Positions 1-8,421 of a stretch of DNA of 64,000 nucleotides are shown here, one piece after another; positions within the stretch are counted from its first letter, which is position 1; each line of letters starts with the position of its first letter. Under the pieces are notes generated by a model, which worked only from the letters and a program-made list of their open reading frames with translations, was not told the DNA's origin and ran no database searches. The position numbers and the translations under genes are program-made. This DNA is from Bacilli bacterium (lineage in GTDB: Bacteria; Bacillota_I; Bacilli_A; RF39; UBA660), in NCBI GenBank assembly GCA_017544165.1, contig JAFYER010000001.1:18946-82945 (forward strand), read 5' to 3'.

Positions 1-70
1 CTAAAGTCGCAAAATAAGTTTAATTTTTTATTCCTTTATGTTAAAATTAACAATAAGGAAGTGATATAAA

Positions 71-2056
71 ATGGCTGTTAAAAATGATCTTACAGTTAAT
101 TCAATTAAAATGCTAGCCATCGATATGATAAATAAGGCGGGAAGTGGTCATCCAGGAGTTGTCTTCAGTAGTGCGCCTATTTTGTATGCGCTTTATATGT
201 ATCAATTAAATATTACCGCTAATAACCCAACTTGGATAAATCGAGATAGATTTATTTTATCTAATGGTCATGCTAGTGCTGCTTTATATTCAACTTTATA
301 TCACGCTGGTTTTAATTATAGTGTTGAGGATTTAAAAAGATTTAGAGATATTGATTCATATACACCAGGTCATCCCGAATTAAATGTCGAACTAGGTATT
401 GAATGCTCAACTGGGTTATTGGGACAAGGCGTTGCAAGTGCAGTAGGGATTGCTTTAGGTGAAAGATATTTGGAAAGTATTTGTAAAAGTGTCAATAAAA
501 AAAGTAAACTAATTGATTTTAATACTTTTGTTTTGTGCGGCGATGGCGACATGGAAGAGGGCATTACTTACGAAGCTTTATCATTTGCGGGAACTCAAAA
601 GCTTAATAAATTAACAGTAATTTATGATTCAAATAAAATGCAAATTGATGGGGAAGTAGACAATACTTTTATTGATAATATGGAAGATCGATTTGCCTCA
701 ATTGGTTTTGAAGTAATAAATGTTAAAAATGGTCATAATGTTTCTGATATAGTAGATGCTCTTGATGAGGCTGTAAAGAATGATGCTCCAACTTTAATAA
801 TAGTTAATACTAAAATTGGTTATGGAACGTCCCTTGAAGGAACAAATGCTGCTCATAGTAAGCTTTTAGATGAAGAAGAGATTAATGATTTAAAACAAAA
901 AGCTAAATTAAATACTGAACCATTTATGGTATCAGACGCAATAAAAAATAATATGTCTGACTCAATTATTAAAAGAGTAGCTAAAAAGTATGAAAATTGG
1001 CTTAAAGAATATGATCTTGCACGGCAAAGTCAAGATTCTAGTATATTATCTTTAATAAACCTTTTAGAAAAAGATGAATTTGAAATTGATTTTGATAGTA
1101 CAAATTATAAAATAAATGAAAATTATTGTGAAGAGGGACGGGTATCTAATTGCAAAGTAATGAACTTCATTGCTCCGAAAACGCATTTCTTTCTTGGGGG
1201 TAGTGCCGATTTAGCGGTATCCACTAAAGCAGTAATTGATAAAAGTGGACTAATGAGTGACGATAACCCAAGTGGTAGAAATATCGCTTTTGGTGTAAGA
1301 GAAGTGGCTATGGCTGCTATATTAAATGGACTATCATTACTTAATATTAGGACATTTGGCAGTACTTTCTTAACTTTTGCAGATTATTTAAAGCCTTCGA
1401 TGCGAATGAGTGCTATGATGAATTTACCGGTTACGTATATTTTTACACATGACAGTGTTAGTGTTGGTTTTGATGGAGCTTCACATGAACCTATTGAGCA
1501 GCTTACAATGCTTCGAAGTATTCCAAATATGTTAGTCTTTAGACCTGCTGATATCAATGAAATAATTGGTTCATGGGAATATATTTTAAAAAATAAAGGC
1601 CCAGCGTGTATTGTATTATCTAAAGAAAAAATTAATATATTAAGACATACAAATGGCAAATATGTTCAATATGGTGCTTATATAGTACGTAAAGAAAAAT
1701 ATCGTTTAGATGGTGTAATTATCGCAACAGGTAGTGAAGTAACGACTGCTATCAAAATAGCGGAAGAATTATTTACAGGAGGAATTGATTTAAGAGTTGT
1801 ATCGATGCCTTCGATGGAACTGTTTGAAAAACAAAATCCTTTATATGAAGAAAAGTTATTACCAAAAGATGTTAAAATTATCACTTTAGAAGCTGGTTCA
1901 AACAAATTATGGTATCGCTTTGCTTCGAATAAAGAAAGTGCAATAGGAATAAATATGTTTGGAGCGTCTGGCACAAAAGATGATGTCCTAAAATACTGTG
2001 AATTTGATTACAATAGTTTATTAATTAGAATTAAAAAAATGTTTGAGTCTAATTAA
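71..2056 (+). CDS. tkt: transketolase
   Basis: 661-aa ORF with a full-length transketolase layout. Thiamine-diphosphate motifs are present (GSGHPG near the N-terminus; CGDGDMEEG). RBS AAGGAAGTG lies upstream. Confidence 0.93.
   Translation: MAVKNDLTVNSIKMLAIDMINKAGSGHPGVVFSSAPILYALYMYQLNITANNPTWINRDRFILSNGHASAALYSTLYHAGFNYSVEDLKRFRDIDSYTPGHPELNVELGIECSTGLLGQGVASAVGIALGERYLESICKSVNKKSKLIDFNTFVLCGDGDMEEGITYEALSFAGTQKLNKLTVIYDSNKMQIDGEVDNTFIDNMEDRFASIGFEVINVKNGHNVSDIVDALDEAVKNDAPTLIIVNTKIGYGTSLEGTNAAHSKLLDEEEINDLKQKAKLNTEPFMVSDAIKNNMSDSIIKRVAKKYENWLKEYDLARQSQDSSILSLINLLEKDEFEIDFDSTNYKINENYCEEGRVSNCKVMNFIAPKTHFFLGGSADLAVSTKAVIDKSGLMSDDNPSGRNIAFGVREVAMAAILNGLSLLNIRTFGSTFLTFADYLKPSMRMSAMMNLPVTYIFTHDSVSVGFDGASHEPIEQLTMLRSIPNMLVFRPADINEIIGSWEYILKNKGPACIVLSKEKINILRHTNGKYVQYGAYIVRKEKYRLDGVIIATGSEVTTAIKIAEELFTGGIDLRVVSMPSMELFEKQNPLYEEKLLPKDVKIITLEAGSNKLWYRFASNKESAIGINMFGASGTKDDVLKYCEFDYNSLLIRIKKMFESN
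2031..2056 (+). repeat. direct repeat copy 1 (last codons of tkt, KKMFESN*)
   Basis: TTAAAAAAATGTTTGAGTCTAATTAA. Its 17-nt core is identical to 3624-3640, and 23/26 positions match overall. Confidence 0.8.
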
Positions 2057-2079
2057 TATATTTTGATGATGGGGGTGTT

Positions 2080-2934
2080 ATGGAAAAATATCAAATTAAA
2101 AAATTAGAAAGAGATTTTAAACTTATTAAAGAGGAACCTATTACACGAGGAACTCGAAAAAAAGTGCTAGCAATTACTAATAAAAAAGAAATTGTCATGT
2201 TTAAATATGAACATGCTGACTATATTTGCAGTGAAGCGTGCTCTGAGAAAATTGCATACGAGATTGCTAAAATACTTGGTTATAATTGTGCAAAGGTTGA
2301 ATTAGCAACTGATGACGAAAATAAATTGGGCGTTTTAAATTATTATTTTACAAATAAAGTTGATACAACCCATACGGATATAGTCGCTTTCCTAAATAAA
2401 GATGTTAAGGAAAGAAATAATTATTATACAATATCTAATATTAAAAGTGTTCTTGACAATATAGATATGAATTTATTTAAAGATTTTATTAAAATTATGG
2501 TATTTGATGCCTTGATTGGCGAGCAAGATAGACATGAAGAAAATTGGGGTATTATTCAAATGAATGGTAAAAATAATATATCACCTTTATACGATAATGG
2601 AGATAGTTTATTAAGGGAGTTTAAAAATATTAAATATGCACAAAAATATTATGATGGTTTAAAAGATTTTGATGCATTTATTAATAATAGTAAGTCGTTG
2701 ATTTATAAAGAAAATCATAAAAATAAATACAAGCATTTCGAGTTAATAAAATATTTATATGATAAATATCCAGAATATATGGTTTCAGAGATTAATAATT
2801 TAAAAAAACTAACAAATAAGAAGATAACTAATGTGATAGCTAAAATACCTGATGATTTGTTGACTAGTAAGCATAAAGAATATATAATAAAGTATCTAGG
2901 AAAAAGAAGAGACATATTGTTAAACATAAGATAA
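2080..2934 (+). CDS. HipA-family Ser/Thr kinase core (HipT-like, lacks the HipA N-subdomain)
   Basis: 284 aa. Catalytic-loop-like IGEQDRHEENWG and SPLYDNGDS resemble the HipA_C D-x-H-x-x-N and P-x-YD motifs. The protein is too short to contain the HipA N-terminal domain. Confidence 0.65.
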   Translation: MEKYQIKKLERDFKLIKEEPITRGTRKKVLAITNKKEIVMFKYEHADYICSEACSEKIAYEIAKILGYNCAKVELATDDENKLGVLNYYFTNKVDTTHTDIVAFLNKDVKERNNYYTISNIKSVLDNIDMNLFKDFIKIMVFDALIGEQDRHEENWGIIQMNGKNNISPLYDNGDSLLREFKNIKYAQKYYDGLKDFDAFINNSKSLIYKENHKNKYKHFELIKYLYDKYPEYMVSEINNLKKLTNKKITNVIAKIPDDLLTSKHKEYIIKYLGKRRDILLNIR

Positions 2935-2949
2935 AAAGAGGAGATAAAA

Positions 2950-3627
2950 ATGAAAGAGGAATTATGGTTAATTTGGAAAGATCCAATTTCCCGTCGAAGA
3001 TATAAAATAGGCTCTTTAATAAAAAACGTTAATAGCTATACTTTTTCTTATATTAATCCTGAATTAGAGGCTGCTAAAAATGTAGGGTTTACATATTACC
3101 CTGGATTTGAAAATTTAGAAAAAGTATACGAAAGTAATAAACTATTTGCTAATATTCTATCAAGACTTCCTAATGAAACAAGACCGGATTATTTAGATAT
3201 TCTTAATTGTTATAACCTTGATAAAGATTCTAATGAATTTGATATTTTGAAAGCTACTCGGGGAAGATTATTCACTGATAATTATGAGTTTGTACCAGCA
3301 TTTGACGTTGGAAAAATAGAGTTCGATGTTGCAGGAACAAATTATTGTAATGACATTAATGATTGTAAAGAACTTCTTAAAGTAAATAATAATTTATATT
3401 TGGAACATGAAATAAATAATCCAAAAGATGCTAATGCAATAAAGATTATTTATAAAGTTAATAATAAAACGTATCATTTAGGTTATGTTCCAAGATATTA
3501 TAGTAAAGAATTGTTAAACGAATTAAATAAAGGAGTTAAATATTCTGCTATGATTCAAAGTTTAAAATTTGATTCACAAATTAGTGATGAGGTTATTACC
3601 GCTGGTGTAAAGATTATATTTGATTAA
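2950..3627 (+). CDS. HipA-N-subdomain-like (HipS-like) domain fused to a HIRAN domain
   Basis: 225 aa. The N-terminus (LWLIWKD..RRYKIGSL..YTFSY; LFANILSRLPNE; EFDILKATRGRL) resembles the HipA N-terminal/Couple_hipA region. The C-terminus has HIRAN hallmarks (VAGTNY; LEHEINNPKDANAIKI; HLGYVPRYYSKELLNEL). Confidence 0.6.
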   Translation: MKEELWLIWKDPISRRRYKIGSLIKNVNSYTFSYINPELEAAKNVGFTYYPGFENLEKVYESNKLFANILSRLPNETRPDYLDILNCYNLDKDSNEFDILKATRGRLFTDNYEFVPAFDVGKIEFDVAGTNYCNDINDCKELLKVNNNLYLEHEINNPKDANAIKIIYKVNNKTYHLGYVPRYYSKELLNELNKGVKYSAMIQSLKFDSQISDEVITAGVKIIFD

Positions 3628-3649
3628 AAAAATGTTTGAGCCTAACTAG
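3624..3649 (+). repeat. direct repeat copy 2 (pseudo tkt tail, KKMFEPN*)
   Basis: TTAAAAAAATGTTTGAGCCTAACTAG. It overlaps the stop codon of the HIRAN gene. Confidence 0.8.
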
Positions 3650-3701
3650 ATTCGACATTTTTTTTATGTTTTATATGATATGTTTTTTTAGGTGATTTTT
3701 T

Positions 3702-4118
3702 ATGAGAACGTATTATATTTTTAATATTAATAAGGAAATGAGCATATTAACAAAAGATAGTCCTTACATGTTATTTAAAAGTCTAGAATCAATTTATAAA
3801 TCAAACCGTAATGATTTATTTATAGCAACTAATCTTTATGAACAACTAGCCTCAAAATTTAACAAGGAACTTGTAAACAATCGTATTTCATGTGACTTTC
3901 AAGAAAATCAATTTTATATGTATACTCATAATAATCATTCTTATTATAATAAATATCGCGACGAAACATGTAATATCGAGGTGAAAAATAGTTATTTAAT
4001 ATGTAAATGTAAAAATAGCCGTTTTGAACTGCTCAAAAGATTAAAAGATTTTAGTCTTTTTGCTTGTGATTTTGAAAACAAAGACTATTTTTGGCTAGAT
4101 GAAGTTTTAAGCATGTAA
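3702..4118 (+). CDS. hypothetical protein (Cys-containing, no recognisable domain)
   Basis: 138-aa ORF with its own upstream AT-rich region and a GGTG RBS. I recognise no motif. Confidence 0.45.
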   Translation: MRTYYIFNINKEMSILTKDSPYMLFKSLESIYKSNRNDLFIATNLYEQLASKFNKELVNNRISCDFQENQFYMYTHNNHSYYNKYRDETCNIEVKNSYLICKCKNSRFELLKRLKDFSLFACDFENKDYFWLDEVLSM

Positions 4119-4172
4119 AAAAGGTTGTTAAAAATGCTTATTTATAGTAAAATTGTTCTTGGGTGATTTTAT

Positions 4173-4382
4173 ATGTTAGAAACAATTATATGGAGTATTA
4201 TTTCCTTAATCGTAGGAATTATATTAGGATTTTTAATTGCAAGAATTGTAACAAAGAAGACTTTAGAGAAAAATCCACCAATTAATGAAAAAATGATTGA
4301 AGCTATGATGAGTAGCATGGGTAGAAAACCAAGCCAAAAACAAGTTAAACAAGTTATGGCTCAAATGAATCGTTTTAAATAA
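4173..4382 (+). CDS. UPF0154 (YneF-like) small membrane protein
   Basis: 69 aa with one N-terminal TM helix. The conserved NPPINEKMIEAMMSSMGRKPSQKQVKQVM stretch is typical of the YneF family. Confidence 0.8.
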   Translation: MLETIIWSIISLIVGIILGFLIARIVTKKTLEKNPPINEKMIEAMMSSMGRKPSQKQVKQVMAQMNRFK

Positions 4383-4405
4383 GATAAACATTCGTTTATC
4401 TTTTT
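4382..4405 (+). terminator. rho-independent terminator
   Basis: AGATAAAC-ATTC-GTTTATCT followed by TTTTT. Confidence 0.7.
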
Positions 4406-4431
4406 GTTGTTTTAGAAAGGGAGTTTTGTAA

Positions 4432-6303
4432 ATGACTTACGAGAATTTAAAAGATTATAAACAAAAATTATTAGAGTTATCTAAAGAGGATAAGAAAAAA
4501 AGAGATGAATATTTAAGACAGTTAGCTAATGGGACTATTCAAGGTCCTCCGGTTGGTTATCCAAGTGTTGATATACCTGCTTTGGCTTACTATAATTTTG
4601 AAGAGTATATTAAGGATAATCCAAAAGAAACAATTACTGAGGCTTTATTTAGAAATAACATAGACCATTTAAAGGATACGGCTATTGAGTATTTTGGAAC
4701 CAAAATTTCATATTATGAATTATTTAAAAATATTTATGCGTTAGTTGATGCGCTTGATGTAAGTGGTGTAAAAAAAGGTGATGGCATAATTGCTACTCTT
4801 CCAGGTATTCCTGAGTCAATGTATTCATTATATGCAGCTGGTTATTTAGGAGCTACATGTGTTTTCATGCTTCCATATTTAAAAAAAGAGTCGATGATTG
4901 CTGATATCAACAAAGATCATAGTAGAATACTTATAATTATGGATGTTTTGTATGAACAATATAAAGAAGTTTATGATGAAGTATTAGAAAAATCAACTTT
5001 AGAAAGAATTATTGTTGTGCCAACCCTTAATTCTTCGAAACTTGGTAAAATAAAAAAAGGTAAAAAATTTCCAGGAACAACACCTTATAATGATTTTGTC
5101 AAAGAAGGGGAAGGTAATATAACTCCCGACATATGTCCTTATGAGGAAAATATGCCAGTAGCAGTTGTCTATTCTTCGGGGACTACTGGTGATATCAAGG
5201 GTGTACTTCTTTCTCATGATTCAATTAATAATTCAGCACTTTCTTATTTGCCATTTGGTTTTGATTTAAAAAGAGGACAAAAGTTTTATCAAACTATACC
5301 AGTATGGACTTCAACTGGTTTAGTTGCTAATGGAACCTCACCGCTTTATTATGGTTCTATTTTACATCAAGATCCTAGATTTGACCCACTTACTTTCTCT
5401 AAAAATATTGGTAAGTCAAAATCTAACTGGGGCATTGGTACAACCGAATTGTTTAATGGTTTAGAGGAAATCAGTAAAAAGAAAGTATTTGGTTTACTTA
5501 CAAAAATGCATATTTTAGATTATACTAAACTTAATAATGCCTATGTCGGAGGAACATTATCAACTCCGAATGATAAGGCTAAATTAAATGAATTGTTCAA
5601 AAGAATTGGCAGTCCTGCTGTTGCTAATAGTAGTTATGGAACATGTGAAAATGGTTCAATTGTAACTGCTGAACTTAATGATTTACCACATTATGATTAT
5701 TCAGTTGGTATCCCAATTCCTGGAGCTACTATAATAGCTATTGATAAGGATGAACATGAACTTCCATACAATACACGTGGCGAACTTGCTGTAAGCACTA
5801 ATTGTGGGATGCTTCGTTACTATAATCGTCCTGATTTAAAAGATGTTTTTTATACTGACGAAACAGATGGCGTGAGATATAAACATACTGGTGATATTGG
5901 CTATGTCAGAAGTGATGGCTTTGTAATATATGAAGGAAGAGCTAATGACATTTCTATAGTAGATGGAACGCAAATCTATAATTTTGATGTAAAACAAGTT
6001 ATAATTAAAGATCCAGATGTGTTTGATTGTGAAGTATTTATGCATGATGAAAAATTATGTGCTCATTTAGTTTTCAAACATCCAGTTGAGGATATAAATC
6101 TCAAATTTGCTCAAATTCAAACTGAAATTATGCATGTTCTTAAAGATGATGTGTATGTACCAGAATTATTTAAAGTACGTACATCATTCCCAATGGCTGC
6201 GTCTACTAAAAGGAATTATAAGGCTTTAAAAGAGGAACAAGATGGATATGTTTATATTCCTAAAAATAGATATGCTAGAGAAAGAAAATGTGATATACTA
6301 TAA
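4432..6303 (+). CDS. AMP-dependent synthetase/ligase (adenylate-forming enzyme, substrate unknown)
   Basis: 623 aa. AMP-binding signature VVYSSGTTGDIKGVLLSH; downstream YKHTGDIGYVRSDGFVIYEGR. Confidence 0.8.
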   Translation: MTYENLKDYKQKLLELSKEDKKKRDEYLRQLANGTIQGPPVGYPSVDIPALAYYNFEEYIKDNPKETITEALFRNNIDHLKDTAIEYFGTKISYYELFKNIYALVDALDVSGVKKGDGIIATLPGIPESMYSLYAAGYLGATCVFMLPYLKKESMIADINKDHSRILIIMDVLYEQYKEVYDEVLEKSTLERIIVVPTLNSSKLGKIKKGKKFPGTTPYNDFVKEGEGNITPDICPYEENMPVAVVYSSGTTGDIKGVLLSHDSINNSALSYLPFGFDLKRGQKFYQTIPVWTSTGLVANGTSPLYYGSILHQDPRFDPLTFSKNIGKSKSNWGIGTTELFNGLEEISKKKVFGLLTKMHILDYTKLNNAYVGGTLSTPNDKAKLNELFKRIGSPAVANSSYGTCENGSIVTAELNDLPHYDYSVGIPIPGATIIAIDKDEHELPYNTRGELAVSTNCGMLRYYNRPDLKDVFYTDETDGVRYKHTGDIGYVRSDGFVIYEGRANDISIVDGTQIYNFDVKQVIIKDPDVFDCEVFMHDEKLCAHLVFKHPVEDINLKFAQIQTEIMHVLKDDVYVPELFKVRTSFPMAASTKRNYKALKEEQDGYVYIPKNRYARERKCDIL

Positions 6304-6321
6304 AAAGTAGGGTGATAGATA

Positions 6322-8100
6322 GTGATTGTTACTAAATTAACATGTTTAACTGTTTTTTGCATTATTTTCATGATTTCTTTGATAATTATCTATTTTTCAA
6401 AGCAAAGAATTAAAAGTGAAGAAAATCGTGTTTATAAAATAATGCTAGTTGTAAACTTAATAGGTATTTTTTTGCAAGTTGCTTCGAAATATTGTGCGTT
6501 TTATTATGATGTATTACCTCCAATATTTTGCCAATTTATGTTTAAATCATTCTTAGCTTACTTTAATGTATTTGCAATGCTTATTTTAAACTATGTTATT
6601 ATTTTAGTAATTCCTAAAGAAAAAATCAAAAAGGTCAATACTATTAATTATGTCTTTTTTGGTATTTTGTCTTTAATCACTTATTTTTTACCGATATCTG
6701 TTCATTGTGATTTAGAATCACAAGTTGCCTATACTTATGGCTTTGCGGTTACTTATTCATTTATTGTGGCAGGATTAGCATCATTAATCCTTCTTATATT
6801 GCTACTACCAAATTTGCGTAAAACTTCAAAAAAGAAAGTGTTACCACTTTTCATTTTCTTATTATTTTGCATGGTAGCTATTGCTATTCAAAAAGTAATG
6901 CCAGATCTTATGATGATGTGTTTTGTCGAAAGTTTCCTATGTTTTATAATGTTTCATACCATAGAAAATCCAGATATCATGATGCTTAACGAATTATATG
7001 AAAATCGAAGAATTATTGAAAGTAGCAATCAAGACATGTCTAATTTCTTATTTAAAATTTCTCAAGAGATTAGAAAACCAGTTAAGGAATTAATAGAGAT
7101 AAGCGATGGAAAAAATGATAATGAACTTAAGGAAATTAATAATATTAGTAAACATCTCGACTATTTAATCGATGATGCTCTTGATTTATCAGGTCTTTCT
7201 ACGAAAAAATTAAAACTATATAATAATAAATATAATATACGTAATTTATTTGACGAAATAAGAATTAAAGCTAAAAATAGTATAAATAAAGATACTAAAC
7301 TAGATTATAAAGTAAGTAGTAGTATTCCCGAGTATGTCTATGGCGATGGTGTAAGATTAAAGCAAATCTTAGGGGCTGTTGTAAATAACGCAATTGCTCA
7401 CACCGAAAAAGGGTATATTACCATTGAAATAAACACAATTATTAAATATGATATATGCCGTTTTATTATTGATGTTACCGATTCTGGAAAGGGCATGACA
7501 TTAGATAAAATTAATGAAATACTAAACTTAAAAGAACTTGATTTTGAAGCTGATTTGGATGATAATACCGATAATCTCAAAGTAGTTAAGGTACTTACCA
7601 ATAAAATTGGTGGAAGTTTCATGGTTCAAGCTGACGATAAGGGTACAACTGTAAGTATTACTATTGATCAAAAAATTGTGGAAAATACTGAAACTGAAAT
7701 ATCTAAAAAATTAGATTTATATGAAGAATCACTTCATTTAAATAAAAAGATAATGGTTGTCGATGAAAACATAAAAGAACTTACTCGGATAACCCATTTT
7801 CTCGAGGATAAAGGAAATATTGTATCTTCCTCATTATACGCAAATGATGTAATTGAAAAAATATACAAAAAATATAAATATGATTTAATTATTCTTGATG
7901 ATGAAACAAGTACTTCTAGCGCTTACGATGTTTTAAAAGAACTTAAGAAAATAGAAAAGTTTAATACACCAGTAGTTATAATGATTGATGATAATAAAGA
8001 ATTTATTAAGCTTCATTATTTAAAAGATGGATTTGCCGATGTCATAATGAAATCAAAACTCACAAGTGAACTTGAAAGAGTAATTAAAAAAGAATTATAA
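6322..8100 (+). CDS. membrane sensor kinase-like protein with HATPase_c and a C-terminal receiver-like domain; H-box histidine replaced by Gln
   Basis: 592 aa with about 6 N-terminal TM helices. N box VVNNAIAHTEKG, G1 DSGKGM, G2 GGSF. The H-box position reads FKISQEIRKPV. The receiver-like tail has VVDEN...LIILDDE. Confidence 0.7.
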   Translation: MIVTKLTCLTVFCIIFMISLIIIYFSKQRIKSEENRVYKIMLVVNLIGIFLQVASKYCAFYYDVLPPIFCQFMFKSFLAYFNVFAMLILNYVIILVIPKEKIKKVNTINYVFFGILSLITYFLPISVHCDLESQVAYTYGFAVTYSFIVAGLASLILLILLLPNLRKTSKKKVLPLFIFLLFCMVAIAIQKVMPDLMMMCFVESFLCFIMFHTIENPDIMMLNELYENRRIIESSNQDMSNFLFKISQEIRKPVKELIEISDGKNDNELKEINNISKHLDYLIDDALDLSGLSTKKLKLYNNKYNIRNLFDEIRIKAKNSINKDTKLDYKVSSSIPEYVYGDGVRLKQILGAVVNNAIAHTEKGYITIEINTIIKYDICRFIIDVTDSGKGMTLDKINEILNLKELDFEADLDDNTDNLKVVKVLTNKIGGSFMVQADDKGTTVSITIDQKIVENTETEISKKLDLYEESLHLNKKIMVVDENIKELTRITHFLEDKGNIVSSSLYANDVIEKIYKKYKYDLIILDDETSTSSAYDVLKELKKIEKFNTPVVIMIDDNKEFIKLHYLKDGFADVIMKSKLTSELERVIKKEL

Positions 8101-8108
8101 GCAAAATA

Positions 8109-8137
8109 AAACCCCAATAAATGGGGTTTATTTTTTT
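8109..8137. terminator. bidirectional rho-independent terminator between the kinase-like gene and rpmB
   Basis: AAACCCCA-ATAAA-TGGGGTTT, flanked by an A-run on the 5' side and a T-run on the 3' side. Confidence 0.8.
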
Positions 8138-8139
8138 GA

Positions 8140-8307
8140 TTAATTTTCTTTATTAAGAGTTCTTGCTTCTCTTGCTGAGATAATAACCTTTTGACCATTA
8201 ATTGTCTTTTTAACAAGATTTGGTTTTTGAACTTTTTTAGTAGCATTTAATGCATGAGAACGATTATTGCCTGTTAAAGGTTTTTTACTTGTAACTTTTG
8301 TAGCCAT
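8140..8307 (-). CDS. rpmB: 50S ribosomal protein L28
   Basis: MATKVTSKKPLTGNNRSHALNATKKVQKPNL... carries the L28 signature GNNRSHA.N.TKR. I place the start at the ATG preceded by AGGAGGG, not at the longer track ORF (8340). Confidence 0.9.
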   Translation of the reverse strand: MATKVTSKKPLTGNNRSHALNATKKVQKPNLVKKTINGQKVIISAREARTLNKEN

Positions 8308-8376
8308 AGTTTCCCTCCTAGTCGATAATAAGTTTATCAAAAAGAGGCTTAATTGTCAATTATCGATGGGTTCATA

Positions 8377-8405
8377 TTGTCAAAAAAATATTGATGTTAT
8401 ATAAT
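8377..8405 (+). promoter_or_regulatory. sigma-A-type promoter of paralogue 1
   Basis: TTGTCA-17 nt-TATAAT, located 17 nt upstream of the RBS region. Confidence 0.55.
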
Positions 8406-8421
8406 TACAATGAGGTAGCAT

